Assembly (NCBI GenBank): GCA_010093605.1
Contig: MU004199.1
Span: forward strand, 744,001 to 808,000
Source of the DNA: Lophium mytilinum
Taxonomy: Eukaryota
DNA: 64,000 nucleotides
Direction: 5' to 3'
The notes under the pieces are model-generated. The model did not search any database. It was not told the DNA's origin and worked only from the letters and a program-made list of their open reading frames with translations. Shown piece after piece: positions 47,917-60,130 of the stretch; the stretch's first letter is position 1; each line of letters starts with the position of its first letter. The position numbers were made by a program, and so were the translations under genes.

Positions 47917-50217
47917 GATTTTCTGATAAGGTAGAGGAAGAGGAGGACATTGGGGGAAGGGAGGTTACGGCGTTTGGCTATGCGAAAGGGAGGAGGAAGA
48001 GGAGGACATTGCGAATGGGTAACGGCGTTTGGATTTGCGAAAAGGGGTTTTGTGATATCTACGACTCTCACTATGGGATTTTGATGGAAGGGTAAGGAAT
48101 GGAGGAGTTGGGGGTTGTTATGATATCCACGCTCGCTACGCTTTTCTAATCGGGAGTGCAAAGGCGAAAATGAAGAGGGGAGGGAAGGAGAAGGAAGCTC
48201 CGCCGCTCTTTACGCGTTTCTTAATGCTATAATGACCTGCACGTTACTAGACGTTCATCTCTTGCTCGTTTCTCTCGTCACATCTTCGAGTTTTCCAAAA
48301 GTTCAATGAACCCCTTTTTTCATTTTCTGTCTCCTGAAAATCTGTCATAATCCACTCCGCGACAGCTAAAACCACCGCGCGTCGTCCCTGTGCACTTCGC
48401 CACATCGCTTATGCGCTCAACAAGTGGCGCGCCTGAATAAACTCAACCACCTTCCTTCTTGAGCTTCTGATGTTCAAAAAGCAAAAAAGCAACGAAGTAA
48501 ACCACGCAACGCTACCGCTGCCTACGCCGCGTACCTAACGCCACCTAACCCAAAACACGCCTTTCACTACGTAACATCACCGAAAGGAACCCAACACATT
48601 GCACCACTGCATAGGTCGGAGATACTCCGCGTGGCTCGTTACTCTGTCGCCTACCCCTACTCCTCATATCACACCGATTACAACTCTCGCCGCCGCACCG
48701 CAAAAAGGAAAACTTTGCTTCATTCCTAAGCGTTCGCCAATCAAACCTCCCATACTCCTGCTCCGAGCTTACAACTCTCCTCATCGTTCGCTAAACATAG
48801 CGAGATTAGCTCAGTGCAGCTAAAGACGGCGTTTCTCACCCTCCGGATCCCCGGCTTGGGGGGATGTCGCCTGCCCTTACTACCTCGACGCATGCCTATC
48901 AACGATTTTACAGATTCGCAATTCGCACCTGCGAAGGCGACGATTTTGGCCGAAGGAGGACGGATGGAGGTGTGGGCGCTGATCAGACAACGGTGTGGAG
49001 GATGTCTCGGAGGAGTTTAATCAGTATCGCCTCCTCGGCGGTCATGATCGCTAAAGGTAGCAGAGCGTAGGACAGGTAGGTTCAAACGCTGTAAGACGGC
49101 GTTTGGAGACTCCGCGTGGACGTGGGTAGGTCGCCTACTCTGTTGTTATAGGTGGGCATGCGGCGTATTACCTTTTGTTGCTATGCGATATGGCCGTGCT
49201 GTAGTCGCTAATGTTAACGGAAGTAACATAATGAACCGTGGAAGATAGAGTTGGGGAGACGCTGCTCACCACTACTAACTCCAGCGGCGACGAAAGTTGT
49301 AGAATAAACCCAACTTTGAAAACTCTCTCTAACAGCGCCTAACCCCACCATGTCTCCTCTCACTACAAGGACGTGGGATCACATAGCGTGCCTCTCCCAC
49401 TTCTTTGTCTCAAAAGGTATCGAAACCCCATATTTATAAACCCCGGAGTTTTGAGTTCGAAAGACCGTTTCCTGTGTAACTAGTCACCGTCACGACAATA
49501 CCGCTCCACCACCTCGCAACCACACCCACCTTCTCGCAGTCGTTGAAACGAGCGTCGTTTCACCTCCCGTGCTCGAGCTGCGCTCAACGATTAGACACAG
49601 GCTACTGGAAGCGCACGTTCCGTCTCTCACTCGGTGAATACCAAGACACAGATGAAACTCACACGTTCATCTATCCCATCACCAGCACTCAACGCTTTCA
49701 CACAGACCTCCACAAGCGTGCGAAAACAATAGTAGATCTCGTACGTCTACGTGTCTCCGCTCTCACCCACCCCTAAACAACATCCCCCGATGTCGAAGCC
49801 AACTCCCAAGGAGATCACGTGCCGCACGTGCCCATCAACCCCATCACTCCAACCAAGCTCATAACGACCCCATTCCATCCCTACATCATACGTCCACTAC
49901 AGGCAACTCTTGGCTCGAAACCCCAAAAAACCGCGCAGAAAAAAAGTGCCAAAGTGTCGAGCACCGAGGAAAAGGGCGACCACTCCCCTGCCAGCGTCGT
50001 CATGCAGCCAAGCCCCCCCTCGCATGAGGAAAAGGGCGGCCAATCAGCTAACTTACCTAACTTACCCCGTGCACGCAACTAGTTTGATATTCGATGAACG
50101 AAGGACATTGATTCAGAAAAGGGCGTAGAATTCAGCATGTTTTTGGATATTTGATTTATTATTTCTTCATTACTGTTGGGCACACACCCTACGCTTACCC
50201 CCCTCCTTCCCTCTCTC

Positions 50218-53200
50218 CTAGCTAGCTCGTCGATCTTTGAGTGCGTTTCCCCGACCTCGACCCCGACCCCGACCTCGACCTCGAGGAGCAGGCGCGCGAC
50301 TAGCAGGCCCGACGTTATCTGTGTCCTCGTCGCTGTCGTGCGAGAAGTAGTGGCTGCGCACCGCGCGCTGGCTCTTCCGCGCGGCTTGGCGTTTTGGGGC
50401 CGGGCGTGCTGGAACCGTCGCCTTGAACTCCGATTCCTCGTCTGAAGCGGAGTCAGAGGGTGAGGTTTCTGTGTCTTCGGCTTCGGTTGAGTCGGTGCTG
50501 GAGGCTTGTTTGGGCTCGGAGGGTTTCTTGGCGGGTCGGGATGCTGTGACGCTGCGACCGCGTCCGCGACCTCGACCACGGCCGCGGGTGGGGGTCTGGA
50601 TTTTAGGGGGCGCGAGGGGGGTGGCTTCGTTTTCGTTTTCGTTTTCGGGTTCGTCGGTGGCGTCGGTGGTAGCTTTGGGAGATTGTTGATCGATGCTAGA
50701 AGTGGCTTTATCTGAGAACGGAAGATGTGCGGATTGCAATGAGATGGGCGTTTGCTGAGTGGCTAGTCGAGGGCGGTGGACATGCGTCGTGGGAGAGTCG
50801 TCCTCGATGATGAAGCCGCCGCCAAGGGGAACAGGATCCTCCTCTTCGTCATCGTCGCGAAGGAAACCGCCTTCCAATTGCTGTTCTTGTGACGCCTCAG
50901 GATCAGCAACCTCCTCCTCATCCTCACCTTTCTCAGCGTCCCTCCCCTGATCACCCGCCGGTGCAATCTCATAATCATCCCCATACTCTCTCTTCATCCT
51001 CTCCACAATCCTCAACCCCAGAAAGAACTTCTTCCAAAGCCCCAACACCATCTTCTCCCTCTTCGCCTCCTCCTTCTTCCTCTTCTCCACCTCTTCAGCC
51101 TCCCACGCATCAATTACCATGTCCTCAATATCCACTGCAACGACCACCCCCGTCAGCACCGGCACCGCCCGCTGCCGCCCAAACTCAAACCCCGTGCACG
51201 CCTCCGCAAAATCCACACCCAGCTTCTTGCACACCCGCGCTGTGCCCTTCAGCGGAATATGCACCGCGCCTACTGGCACCATAGTTGGCACATAGACGTC
51301 GATATTGCCAAACACATTCCTCGGGATCTTCCCGTCCTTGATCGGCTCCGGGATGATCCAGTCGGTTTGAGATTTCGAGTACAGACCCTGCTTCACCTTC
51401 TCACCCTCTTCAAGCTCGCGCTCGGCAATCTCGCGCTTGCGAATCACCGTGACGGCGCGAATGGGGACGAATTTGAGGGGCTGGGCGCCTGTTTTGATCT
51501 CACGGCCTTCCTTATGCCAGGACTCGACGGTCTTGCAGGCCACGACGTCGGCGCGGCGGTAGACCGGCTCGGTGGTTTCTTTTGCACCTTTGCCGGACGT
51601 GAAATGCCGCACTACTTTTGCGTCTGGGAGAAGAGCTTCTTCACGGCGTAAATGGCGTTCGAGCACGTAGACGGAGGAGTTTTTATACCCCGCTAGTGTT
51701 TCCTTCCCGCCGTCTTCGTCCATTCCCTTTGGTTTCGCGGCTGTGGCGGGGACGAGGTCGCCGGCGTCTTCGATCTCGTCCCATACAGTGTGGAAACTGG
51801 GGTGGCGGGCGTAGGGGCGGAGCACGCTCTTGAACCAGTCCCAGTGCTCGTATTTCACTACTTTGCCGCGCTTGTTGTGGATGGGGACTTTTTCGACTGG
51901 TAGGCGGAAGCCTTTGGTGCGGCCGGGCCAGACGTGGCGCGGGAGGTAGCGCGTTGTGACGTCTTTGGCGGTGCCGTCAGATGAGAAGGCGATGAGGTAG
52001 CAGAAGACCTGCTTAGCTTTGTCGGCGGTGGCGGGGCGGGGGTAGAAGTTGGATAGGAGCTCGGCGCTTGAGGCTGGTGCAACGATAGCGAGGGGCAGAG
52101 GTGAGACGGCGATGGGGATGTGAGTTGTTGGGGAAAGTGCTTCGGTCCAGTACGTGGGGTGTGGAAGGTCGGATTTGCGAGACGGTGTTGATGGTATTGT
52201 CTTTTTCTTCGATGATTGGATGATCTCCACGGGTGAGTCGTCGTCCGTGGGAGGGTCGCTAAGGGGGCTATCGTCGTCTTGCACAGTGTGCTTTCCATTC
52301 CTAGTAGGCGTTCGAGGGGTCTTGCTTGGAGTACCGTTTTGAGCTGGCCTATCAAGATCCATCTTTGGCTTCCCTTCTTCTCCTTGGCTCCATCCAAATC
52401 CGACTGGCTGTAGACTGGCCACCAATCTGGCCTCAATTCCGATTCCACGCAGCAGAGCTGTGAACAGTTGCTGGCCTACATCTCTGCTGCCTCCCGGTTT
52501 CTTCGCTTTCTCCCGGAATGCCTCCAAGCTTTCTACTCGCTCCCCAAAGTTAGCAGCATTAGACGGGTTTCGTTTCCAGGCATCAATTTCGGATGCCAGT
52601 GCCCAAGGGGGGAGATAGCCCCTTTTCCTTAGTGGTGGAGCAGTGATTTTGTATCTCTGCTTCCAGAAGGACGCGAGATATTTCAGAAGACGGATCAAGG
52701 GATCACCAGAAGATAGATTGGGTGTGTTGGGCTCTGCGCGGGTAGACGAAGCGCCCCAATCGCGTGCATTCCTATCTTGTTCCTTGCTCTTACGTCCTGG
52801 CGTCTTGTTGTCTTTCGCTTTTCCTTTACTAGTCCCAGCCTTTGCCTTACCTTTGCCTTTACTTGCCTCTGCGGCAGGCTCTACTTTGCCTGGATATCCA
52901 CCCTCGATGACACGGAGATGGCCGTCCTGTATAGCAGCATTCCGCCACCATATTTCAATCTCTTCCCAAGCCCCTTTATTCAAGCTCTTGACCAGTATTC
53001 TCTGCACCTCCTTGTCCTGTGTCCAGGCATTCCGTATCAGATTGTGAAACATGAGGAACTGGACGTGCATGCAGTGGGTGACCATTCTGACATGTCGTTG
53101 CACCTTGGAAGCCCCTTTTTTGCCAGTGCCTGAATCGAAAGCAGAGGCATTGGGCGCGGCGGACAGTGTGAGCTCGAGGTCACCAGAGGGCTCGGGGGCT

Positions 53201-53574
53201 GTGTCGTCATCCTTCATATAGACATGGGTGTGATGGCCGCCCAGGGCATCTTCCCACTCCTCCTCTTCCTCGCTGCCGTCATCGTCGCCCGGCTGGTCAT
53301 CGTTCTGCTTGCTCGAGCCAAGATGCGCTCCGTTTATCGCCACATCCTCAAACTCGTCGCTGCTCGCGTCGCTGAGCTCGGAGTCACTGTCTTCTTCCTC
53401 AATCAAGGCCTTCGTCTGTGACAGTGTCCGCTGCAGACTCGGTGTCGCGTCCAGCGTCTCAAACAGAGACTCTCTGGCTCGCAGGGCTCTCGATGGGGGC
53501 GCGGCGCGTTTCGCGGGCGGCGAGGGCTCAGGTTCGGGCTCGCGGAGGCGCTTTCGGGGAACGAGTGGAGGCAT
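50218..53574 (-). CDS. Rad4/XPC family DNA-damage recognition protein (likely the Rhp42/Rad34-like paralog)
   Basis: 1118-aa ORF with GSRDVGQQLFTALLRGIGIEARLVASLQP, YWTEAL, AKDVTTRY, YVLERHLRREE, GLYSKSQT, IPRNVFGNIDVYVPTMVP, ACTGFEF motifs; RG repeats at the C-terminus. Confidence 0.93.
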   Translation of the reverse strand: MPPLVPRKRLREPEPEPSPPAKRAAPPSRALRARESLFETLDATPSLQRTLSQTKALIEEEDSDSELSDASSDEFEDVAINGAHLGSSKQNDDQPGDDDGSEEEEEWEDALGGHHTHVYMKDDDTAPEPSGDLELTLSAAPNASAFDSGTGKKGASKVQRHVRMVTHCMHVQFLMFHNLIRNAWTQDKEVQRILVKSLNKGAWEEIEIWWRNAAIQDGHLRVIEGGYPGKVEPAAEASKGKGKAKAGTSKGKAKDNKTPGRKSKEQDRNARDWGASSTRAEPNTPNLSSGDPLIRLLKYLASFWKQRYKITAPPLRKRGYLPPWALASEIDAWKRNPSNAANFGERVESLEAFREKAKKPGGSRDVGQQLFTALLRGIGIEARLVASLQPVGFGWSQGEEGKPKMDLDRPAQNGTPSKTPRTPTRNGKHTVQDDDSPLSDPPTDDDSPVEIIQSSKKKTIPSTPSRKSDLPHPTYWTEALSPTTHIPIAVSPLPLAIVAPASSAELLSNFYPRPATADKAKQVFCYLIAFSSDGTAKDVTTRYLPRHVWPGRTKGFRLPVEKVPIHNKRGKVVKYEHWDWFKSVLRPYARHPSFHTVWDEIEDAGDLVPATAAKPKGMDEDGGKETLAGYKNSSVYVLERHLRREEALLPDAKVVRHFTSGKGAKETTEPVYRRADVVACKTVESWHKEGREIKTGAQPLKFVPIRAVTVIRKREIAERELEEGEKVKQGLYSKSQTDWIIPEPIKDGKIPRNVFGNIDVYVPTMVPVGAVHIPLKGTARVCKKLGVDFAEACTGFEFGRQRAVPVLTGVVVAVDIEDMVIDAWEAEEVEKRKKEEAKREKMVLGLWKKFFLGLRIVERMKREYGDDYEIAPAGDQGRDAEKGEDEEEVADPEASQEQQLEGGFLRDDDEEEDPVPLGGGFIIEDDSPTTHVHRPRLATQQTPISLQSAHLPFSDKATSSIDQQSPKATTDATDEPENENENEATPLAPPKIQTPTRGRGRGRGRGRSVTASRPAKKPSEPKQASSTDSTEAEDTETSPSDSASDEESEFKATVPARPAPKRQAARKSQRAVRSHYFSHDSDEDTDNVGPASRAPAPRGRGRGRGRGRGNALKDRRAS

Positions 53575-54599
53575 CGGGCGCTGCGCAGGGCGCGGGAGCT
53601 GACTCTTCTATCTCTGCCTGGGGCGCGTTGAGGTTGTGCGGAGATTATGTTGTGGTGGTCGCATATGGCAACGGTGGGCAGTGCGGAGAATTAAATGAGG
53701 TTCTGTCCCGCGATGGCGGAAGCACGGGGCTGTCGCGTAGAGTGGTGACGCTGCCAAGGCCGGCCGGATCGATGTGCGTGCATGTCGGTCCACAGGGCTG
53801 AAGACAGACAAGCTTCAACTTCGACCTCATCCGCCTTCACCGCCAGATGCAAGGGCTTGGGGGACGACAGCACAGGGACCCCCGCGGCCTGCTCGAAGCA
53901 GCCTGGATCGACGCCTCAATATTGGTGCCAGGCCAGCTCCAACGCGAGCCAGCGCATGCAGTGCTGCTGGTGCTGGTGCCCGTTGAAACTGCTGTATGCC
54001 CGTTTCACCCAGGCCACGGCGCCGGCAGTGGCATGAAGAGCTGGGTAGATGACGGCAGGTGGTGCCAGCTCAACCGGACGACGACAGCATCAATATATAC
54101 GCAGCCTCGTCGGCCAGCCGTTCCAGCCTCCTGCCCAGCCACCATCGGTCGTCCTCTGGTCCCAAAGAGCCCCGCTCGCCAGCCCGCGACCCCAATTCTC
54201 GGGCGAACCGGTGCCGCTCCTTGGTTGTGGAAAATCTGTTGGAAATCCGGCGCCGAGGCCGTGTCCGATTCGCTGAGGATTGCCCTTGACCGTGACCGCT
54301 AGCCACGTACCTCCCAGACACACGTGGATGCGCGCTAGACTTGACGACATCAGCTGCGGCTACTCCTCCGGACTCGTCTGTGCTGTCACGGCTTGTCTGT
54401 GCAGTGATAGCCAAAAAAAAAATGTTGACAAGCCTCGGACCCCCGATGACAGCCACGTCAGACTCATCCAGAATGCAGTCAATGCATTCACCCGCAGGAC
54501 CGCCCTATATTTCGCTGTGGGCCACCTCGTACCTGCGTCCACCTTACGGTGCGTTTCTTTCAATCCTCTCTCTCCTCACTACCCCACTTTCCTCACACT

Positions 54600-56406
54600 A
54601 TGTTTTTCCTCTGGGCGGTTCTCTGCGTTTTTGGCTTTGCCAATGCCTTGCCTCTACAGGTCACTCCCCGCGGCATCGATCTTCCAGTCTGCATTGTGGG
54701 CGCTGGGCCCGCTGGACTAGCTGCCGCGAAACGGCTCGAGTCCAAAGGACAGAAAGCCGTGATATTCGAAAAGCAGGTCGAGGTGGGCGGAAAGTGCCAG
54801 ACCTACTATGACAAGTGAGTACCTTTTTAATTTCACTTCATGAAAATCTTGAAGCTAGTAACGCCTTTTTGCTGTCAATTGGGAGATCGACATCTGCCCG
54901 CCAGCCACAGTGGTACAAACCCCTGGTTGTGTAACAATGCTCGGAAATATATTGGATGTGTAGTTGCGACTTGTTATTATTGCGTCTGTTTTGGTCCTGC
55001 TCAAAGCGCCCCCGCATATTGCATTGGCTGAAATAATAGCATTGCTTGTGAGACCGACTGCTATTTACACCAGTCTTTATAATTACTATCTGAGCTCGGC
55101 TAACATAATTTTCGTAGGGGCGGTTTCCATCCTCTCGGAGCATTGCTCTTCTCGAACGCAACGTACACAGAAACAGTCAAGATTGTCGATGCTGCAAACG
55201 TCCCAATATACCCATTCTCCGCCCAAGGGGGAGGCCAGAATTGGGAGTACAACTGGACTACCGGAGCTACCATGCAAGATGCACCATTGTCAGTTCAATT
55301 CCAGGCTGCTCTCTCCGGCGAGATTGGAAAATACATTCAGCTATGGAATCAAGTCTTTGCACCTATCAGCGGAATTGGCTACAAAGTAAGGATTATAAGG
55401 CTGCATACTCAAAAAGAAAGGACTAACTTTCCCACAGAAAGGTGTCCCCCACAACCTCACAGTGTCGACCGCCGACTGGCTTTCCACCAATGGCTTCCAG
55501 TATCTCCCCGCTCTTATCATCCCGGCCATGACTCCCTATGGCTACGGCGACTTCCGCCAAGTCCCCATTCTCTACATGCTGCAATACTTCACTCCCGACA
55601 TCGTCCTCTTCTTTGCGGGCCAGCACACGGGATACCTGGTTGACTTCCACAACGTTTTCAAGAACTTCGCCGCCTCGCTCTCAACCACCGAAATCCACCT
55701 CAACACTACAATTGAGTGGATCGATCGCTCTGGCTCCACCCCCGTCCTCCGCTATCATGATCCCCACCCGGAGACGTACCACAACCACACCGAACCCTGC
55801 CAACACCCTTCGCATACGAAGATCCAGGTCTGCTCCGCCTTGATTATGGCCTTTCCTCCGACTCTGGAAGCGCTCGAGGGCGCTCACCTTGACATTTCGA
55901 CGGCAGAGCAGGCAGCGTTCGGCCCCGTGGGTGTGAACACGTACTATTCTGGCGCTGTCCGCACCCGTACTCCCTATGGCCTTGCCTTCAACATCGAGCA
56001 GCCCACTCCCTTCACTCCGCCAGACGCGGATGGCGAGCCCGTTACGGTCATCAAGCTCTCCCCATACTCGGATGTCGCAACGACGTGGAGCTGGGGAGCA
56101 TACCGCGTGCCTCAGACTATCCAGCAAGCGAAAGAATTGCTGAAATGCACGCTCTCCAAATTCAACAAGGATCCCCGCAATGCTACCGATGTTGCTGTTC
56201 CCGTTACGGATGCGGACGTGGTGGGGTTCAGGAAGTGGGACTATTTCCCGCACTACGATACGGAGCAGCTGGTAGTTGGAGCTTACGACAAATTCAACGC
56301 CCTCCAGGGGAAGCAGAAAACATACTACGCATCTGGCCTGAACGGATTCGAAACGATCGAATTCGCAGTTCGTGCGGGGTACGACGTGGCAGACTCTATC
56401 TGCTAA
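54600..56406 (+). CDS. Secreted FAD-dependent oxidoreductase (amine oxidase / NAD(P)-binding family), 3 exons
   Basis: Signal peptide then VCIVGAGPAGLAAA..IFEK..VGGKC dinucleotide-binding motif; introns 54815-55117 and 55386-55437; C-terminal WDYFPH..LQG...YYASGLNGFE. Confidence 0.9.
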
Positions 56407-56974
56407 TTACGAACAACGACGAACGACGAATTACTACTACCGACTAATGCACCAACAAAAAATGAGGATATCGATTGCCGATTTGCCTCTATCAACGAAA
56501 ACAGAAACAAAAACATGAAAAAAATATCAAAACGACGACGAGGAATGGACTGTAAGATACGAAAACTACGGACGAAGGCAATGCATCTGCACATACCTTT
56601 ACGACATTGACGAGCGATGAACTTATATACCCTTCTTAACGACTCTCTTGGTTTTTACTGGGAGGCTGGCTGGGTGCCGGGAAATCTGCATTATATCATC
56701 ATCACGGAGGCTGTTTGATAAAAGGACTCTTTAACCTGCCACATTTGGTAACGGAGGCTTTTTTGGACGGCTTGCGCGGTTGTGGGGATGCGGGGGATTC
56801 TGCATCTAGATTTTTTTTTGCATTTTGTGCATGCGGCATTTTGTGTTTCTGCGTGCGGTTACGGGCCTCACGGCGACTGGACTGAAGAGTGGTATATAGC
56901 TTTAATGGATGAGGTTGAAAGTTTGGATGGAGGCTTTAAGGTTTTTAGCGTGATCTTTTGGAGCGTGTGACTGC

Positions 56975-57000
56975 TCCCCCCCCCCCCCCCCCCCCCCCCC
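56975..57000. repeat. Poly-C homopolymer (~26 nt)
   Basis: Read directly. Confidence 0.95.
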
Positions 57001-57489
57001 ACGTAGCACTACTAGATCTATAGATCCGTAGTCTATATACTACCTCTGAACCCCACTCCGACCCTTCTCAACCCCGTCACCACTAACCTCCCTAACTTCC
57101 CCGGGCCCCGTACTTCCTGTGTCCTCGTTCGTCCTACCCTACCCTACCCTGTCCCTCTACTCCTAAGGCTAGACCCTGCGACACTATCCTCGTACGTACT
57201 CCTCCTGCACGCGTGTTCATCCGGTCGTGCTTCTGGAAACCTTGACGCAATTCATGCCCGTTGGCACCGTCCTAGCGTTCCCTGGCCCCTTGTTGCCGGT
57301 TCCGCGGTCGCTGGCCGACCTGCTACGTTGAGTGAAGCGTAGGGTTGGCGGGATGGAGGGAGGCGCTGGCGAGGGGTTGGGGCTGGGTTGGTAGATGTGG
57401 GGGTTAGGTGAGGGGAGAGGGAGGGGAGAGGTGGGCTGGGGGATGTGGGCTGGGGGATGTGGGTTGGAGGGTTGTAGGATGGTGCGGAG

Positions 57490-57597
57490 GGGAGTAATGG
57501 GAGTAATAGGAGTAATGGGAATAATATAGGAAATGTAGGAAATGTAGGAAATGTAGGAAATGTAGGAAATGTAGGAAATGTAGGAAATGTAGGAAAT
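57490..57597. repeat. Compound 9-mer minisatellite: (GGGAGTAAT)-like x4 followed by (TAGGAAATG) x7-8
   Basis: Read directly. Confidence 0.95.
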
Positions 57598-58163
57598 AGA
57601 AGTCAAAGGAGCTAGAAAGAGTAAGTACGTGGATGGTGAGGGTCAGCTCAGATTTTACTGTGTGGAACATGACATTGGTTTTGAATTATGGAAACCGAAT
57701 AGGGCCACCTTAGCTGTGGAATACTCTCGTGCCGGACTCATGGCTTGTCACCGTAAAGTCTAGGGTCTTCTTTTCCGCAAGCCTGAACGCCGAGAAACAA
57801 AGACGACTCATGTTCTGGGGCATGACATGCGAATGTAGTATGTGATTTCGGGCATAAGTGCCATGATGTATGAAGATAGATCGCATTGAACATGAGTTAT
57901 TATTGAAGCGAATGAAAGTGTATATAATGTCAGCTTTTAGGGTTGAGATTGTAAAGATCTGTACGGAGTTGATACTAAGGGTCTACAATTCAGAGCTGGT
58001 GGAGGGCGTAGCCCGCAGTCAGTACAAACAAAATAGACACCCCTTGTCGTGAGACGGTTTTACGGAAATTTGAACGATTCCTGAACCTTGACTTCCCAGC
58101 TTCAATTGGGGTAAGAAATACCACTTCTTCAAGCTTCTTGGCCGCATGAAACAAGACCTTAGA

Positions 58164-60130
58164 TTAAATGATAGTAAACGTTTGGAATTCGAATGACAAA
58201 GCTGCTATCACTGAGCTGTCCATGAAAGTTCCAAGTCCGAGCCTCCTGAAAGTGTTTGGCTTCTCTGGTACTTCTTGGAGTATCATATAGGATTGCCTGT
58301 CAGCGGCCCCAGGACGTATTGTCGATTTGTGACCCATGTAGAGAAGCTGCACGGGCAGTGCCCCTTTCTGATATGACTCCTTATCACAAATGAGATCATA
58401 CCATAGAGTGTAGTCTGGACAGAAACCATCTTCTAATTCTGCGACGTTTTGTAATGCAACGCTGGGAAAGTCTTGTGCTGCACTCGATGCCCCCACAAGA
58501 AGAGCTAGTACCAGAGAACCGCGGAGAGTGATTGATGCGGCAGTCAGAGCTCCAGTGGTATCAATACCGGCACAGTGGACCTCAGTTGCGATAATCTGAA
58601 AGCACACTATATCCCCTTGCCGAAAAGCGATTGGACTTTTTGTAGAAGCCCACGACCATGATGGCGCTCTCCAAACTACGGGTGCTCGGGCTGGAAGGAA
58701 GGGGTTATACCAGAATAAGTCCTTTTCGAGGCTGTCACTCCACAGTCCTGCATAGTACAATGGCCCAGCTCGTTGCTGTTGCATCTCTTTAGCCACCCCA
58801 GAAAGGGCAGGAAATATGTCGCTTTCAAAGGTAAGCTTTAAGGTCGAATACCTTTCGACCAGCTCGTGCCAGATGTTGACAAGATCTTGATAGGTTGCAG
58901 TTCCAGATTGGGCGTATTGTATTTTTGGTGATGGGTCCCCGGACATCGTACACTGACACCGTGAGCTCGTCATACATTCCCAAACGAGCTCATGGGCATT
59001 GAAGTATAGTACGCGTGGCGACAGCAGCCGTTCCTGGAAGCACCACGCCCGAGATATGAGTGGATGTGATTCCACGTCTGCACTTGAGCCACGCCAACCC
59101 CAAGTATGCCACAACGGCGTCCGCATGAATATGCTGTCAGGTAGACGCGATTTTGAAAGGCCCAATACTTGAACTGAGTGGTGTTTCGTTAGAGTTTTTT
59201 TAAAAAGGCCTTCGGTATCATCTTTAGCCCATCCGGCAGCAAGCGTGAGGTAAGCACCTTGGTAAATCTGGCTCATGAGCGAAGACTCCCGCTGCCAATC
59301 ATCTTCGGAGTCCTGGATGATACATATACTGTCGATCCAAAGATATCGAACATTCAAGCGCCGTGTGAAGAGGATTGAGTCCTGAAATGTCTTGGGCAAT
59401 ACATCCCAAGGAAGACCTTGCTTATTTCGCCCAAGTGTAGCTTTCGTCGTGAGACATTCGAGGTTGGCTTTGCCCCAGCAATGGCTCAAACATACATACC
59501 GGCCACTGTGTGAAGATGCTTCAGTTTCGACTAGTCTTATAGTGGTCGTTTCTTCGTGATCAAGGTCAAGTACTCTCGTGGGTATTTGCGTGTGCTGGTT
59601 GGATTTACACAGGTCGTGGTTCTGCACGCAGTCTCCAATCCAACCAAGAAACGTTTTAAAGCTGTCGTCTGAATCTAGCCTAGAAGGGACCGCTGGCGCA
59701 GGGAAGAAAGGGAACAGCTCTTGTGAGCTCGCTTCCGATAGTTATTGTACGATCTAGAGACGAGAAAAGCTAGGGGCATAATCGTACCTGGATCTAAGTG
59801 TATTTCCAACGCTGTAAAATCATTATCCTCATTCTCGCGATGAACATAGAAGAAGCAACCTGTGTCCTGCCAATGCTGGTTCCAAGATAAGGACAGATGT
59901 TCTGGGTGGACAGATGAAGGCGTTGAAAGTTGAAGCAGTGCTCTATGAAGGACATTGCATATATCACATCCCTTCTTTCCCGCCTTCTCCAGCTCCTTGT
60001 AAGTAGCTTCGCCATGGACACCTATAATGTTCTCTGGTGAGATATTCATGCCTCCGCATACTGAGCATGTATGGTCATCTCTAGAGAAGCCAAATCGTTG
60101 TTTGATCTGCTGAAGAACTCGCGTTCTCAT
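58164..60130 (-). CDS. Heterokaryon incompatibility (HET, PF06985-type) domain protein, 2 exons
   Basis: PTRVLDL, YVCLSHCWG, LPKTFQDSI, YLWIDSICIIQDS..DWQRES..M..IY..AYLTLAA, SRAWCFQERLLSPR, APSWSWAS. A GTACGA donor near 59787 and a probable AAG acceptor join the Cys-containing N-terminal exon. Start codon inferred. Confidence 0.9.

Noticed and set aside
48100..50100. Telomerase RNA or other large ncRNA in the long intergenic gap
   Set aside because: No TAACCCTAA template or other recognisable ncRNA motif seen; an Rfam scan would be needed to exclude it.
54815..55117. Intronic C/D snoRNA in the 303-nt oxidoreductase intron
   Set aside because: A CTGA lies near the branch point, but there is no convincing box C (RTGATGA) or terminal stem.
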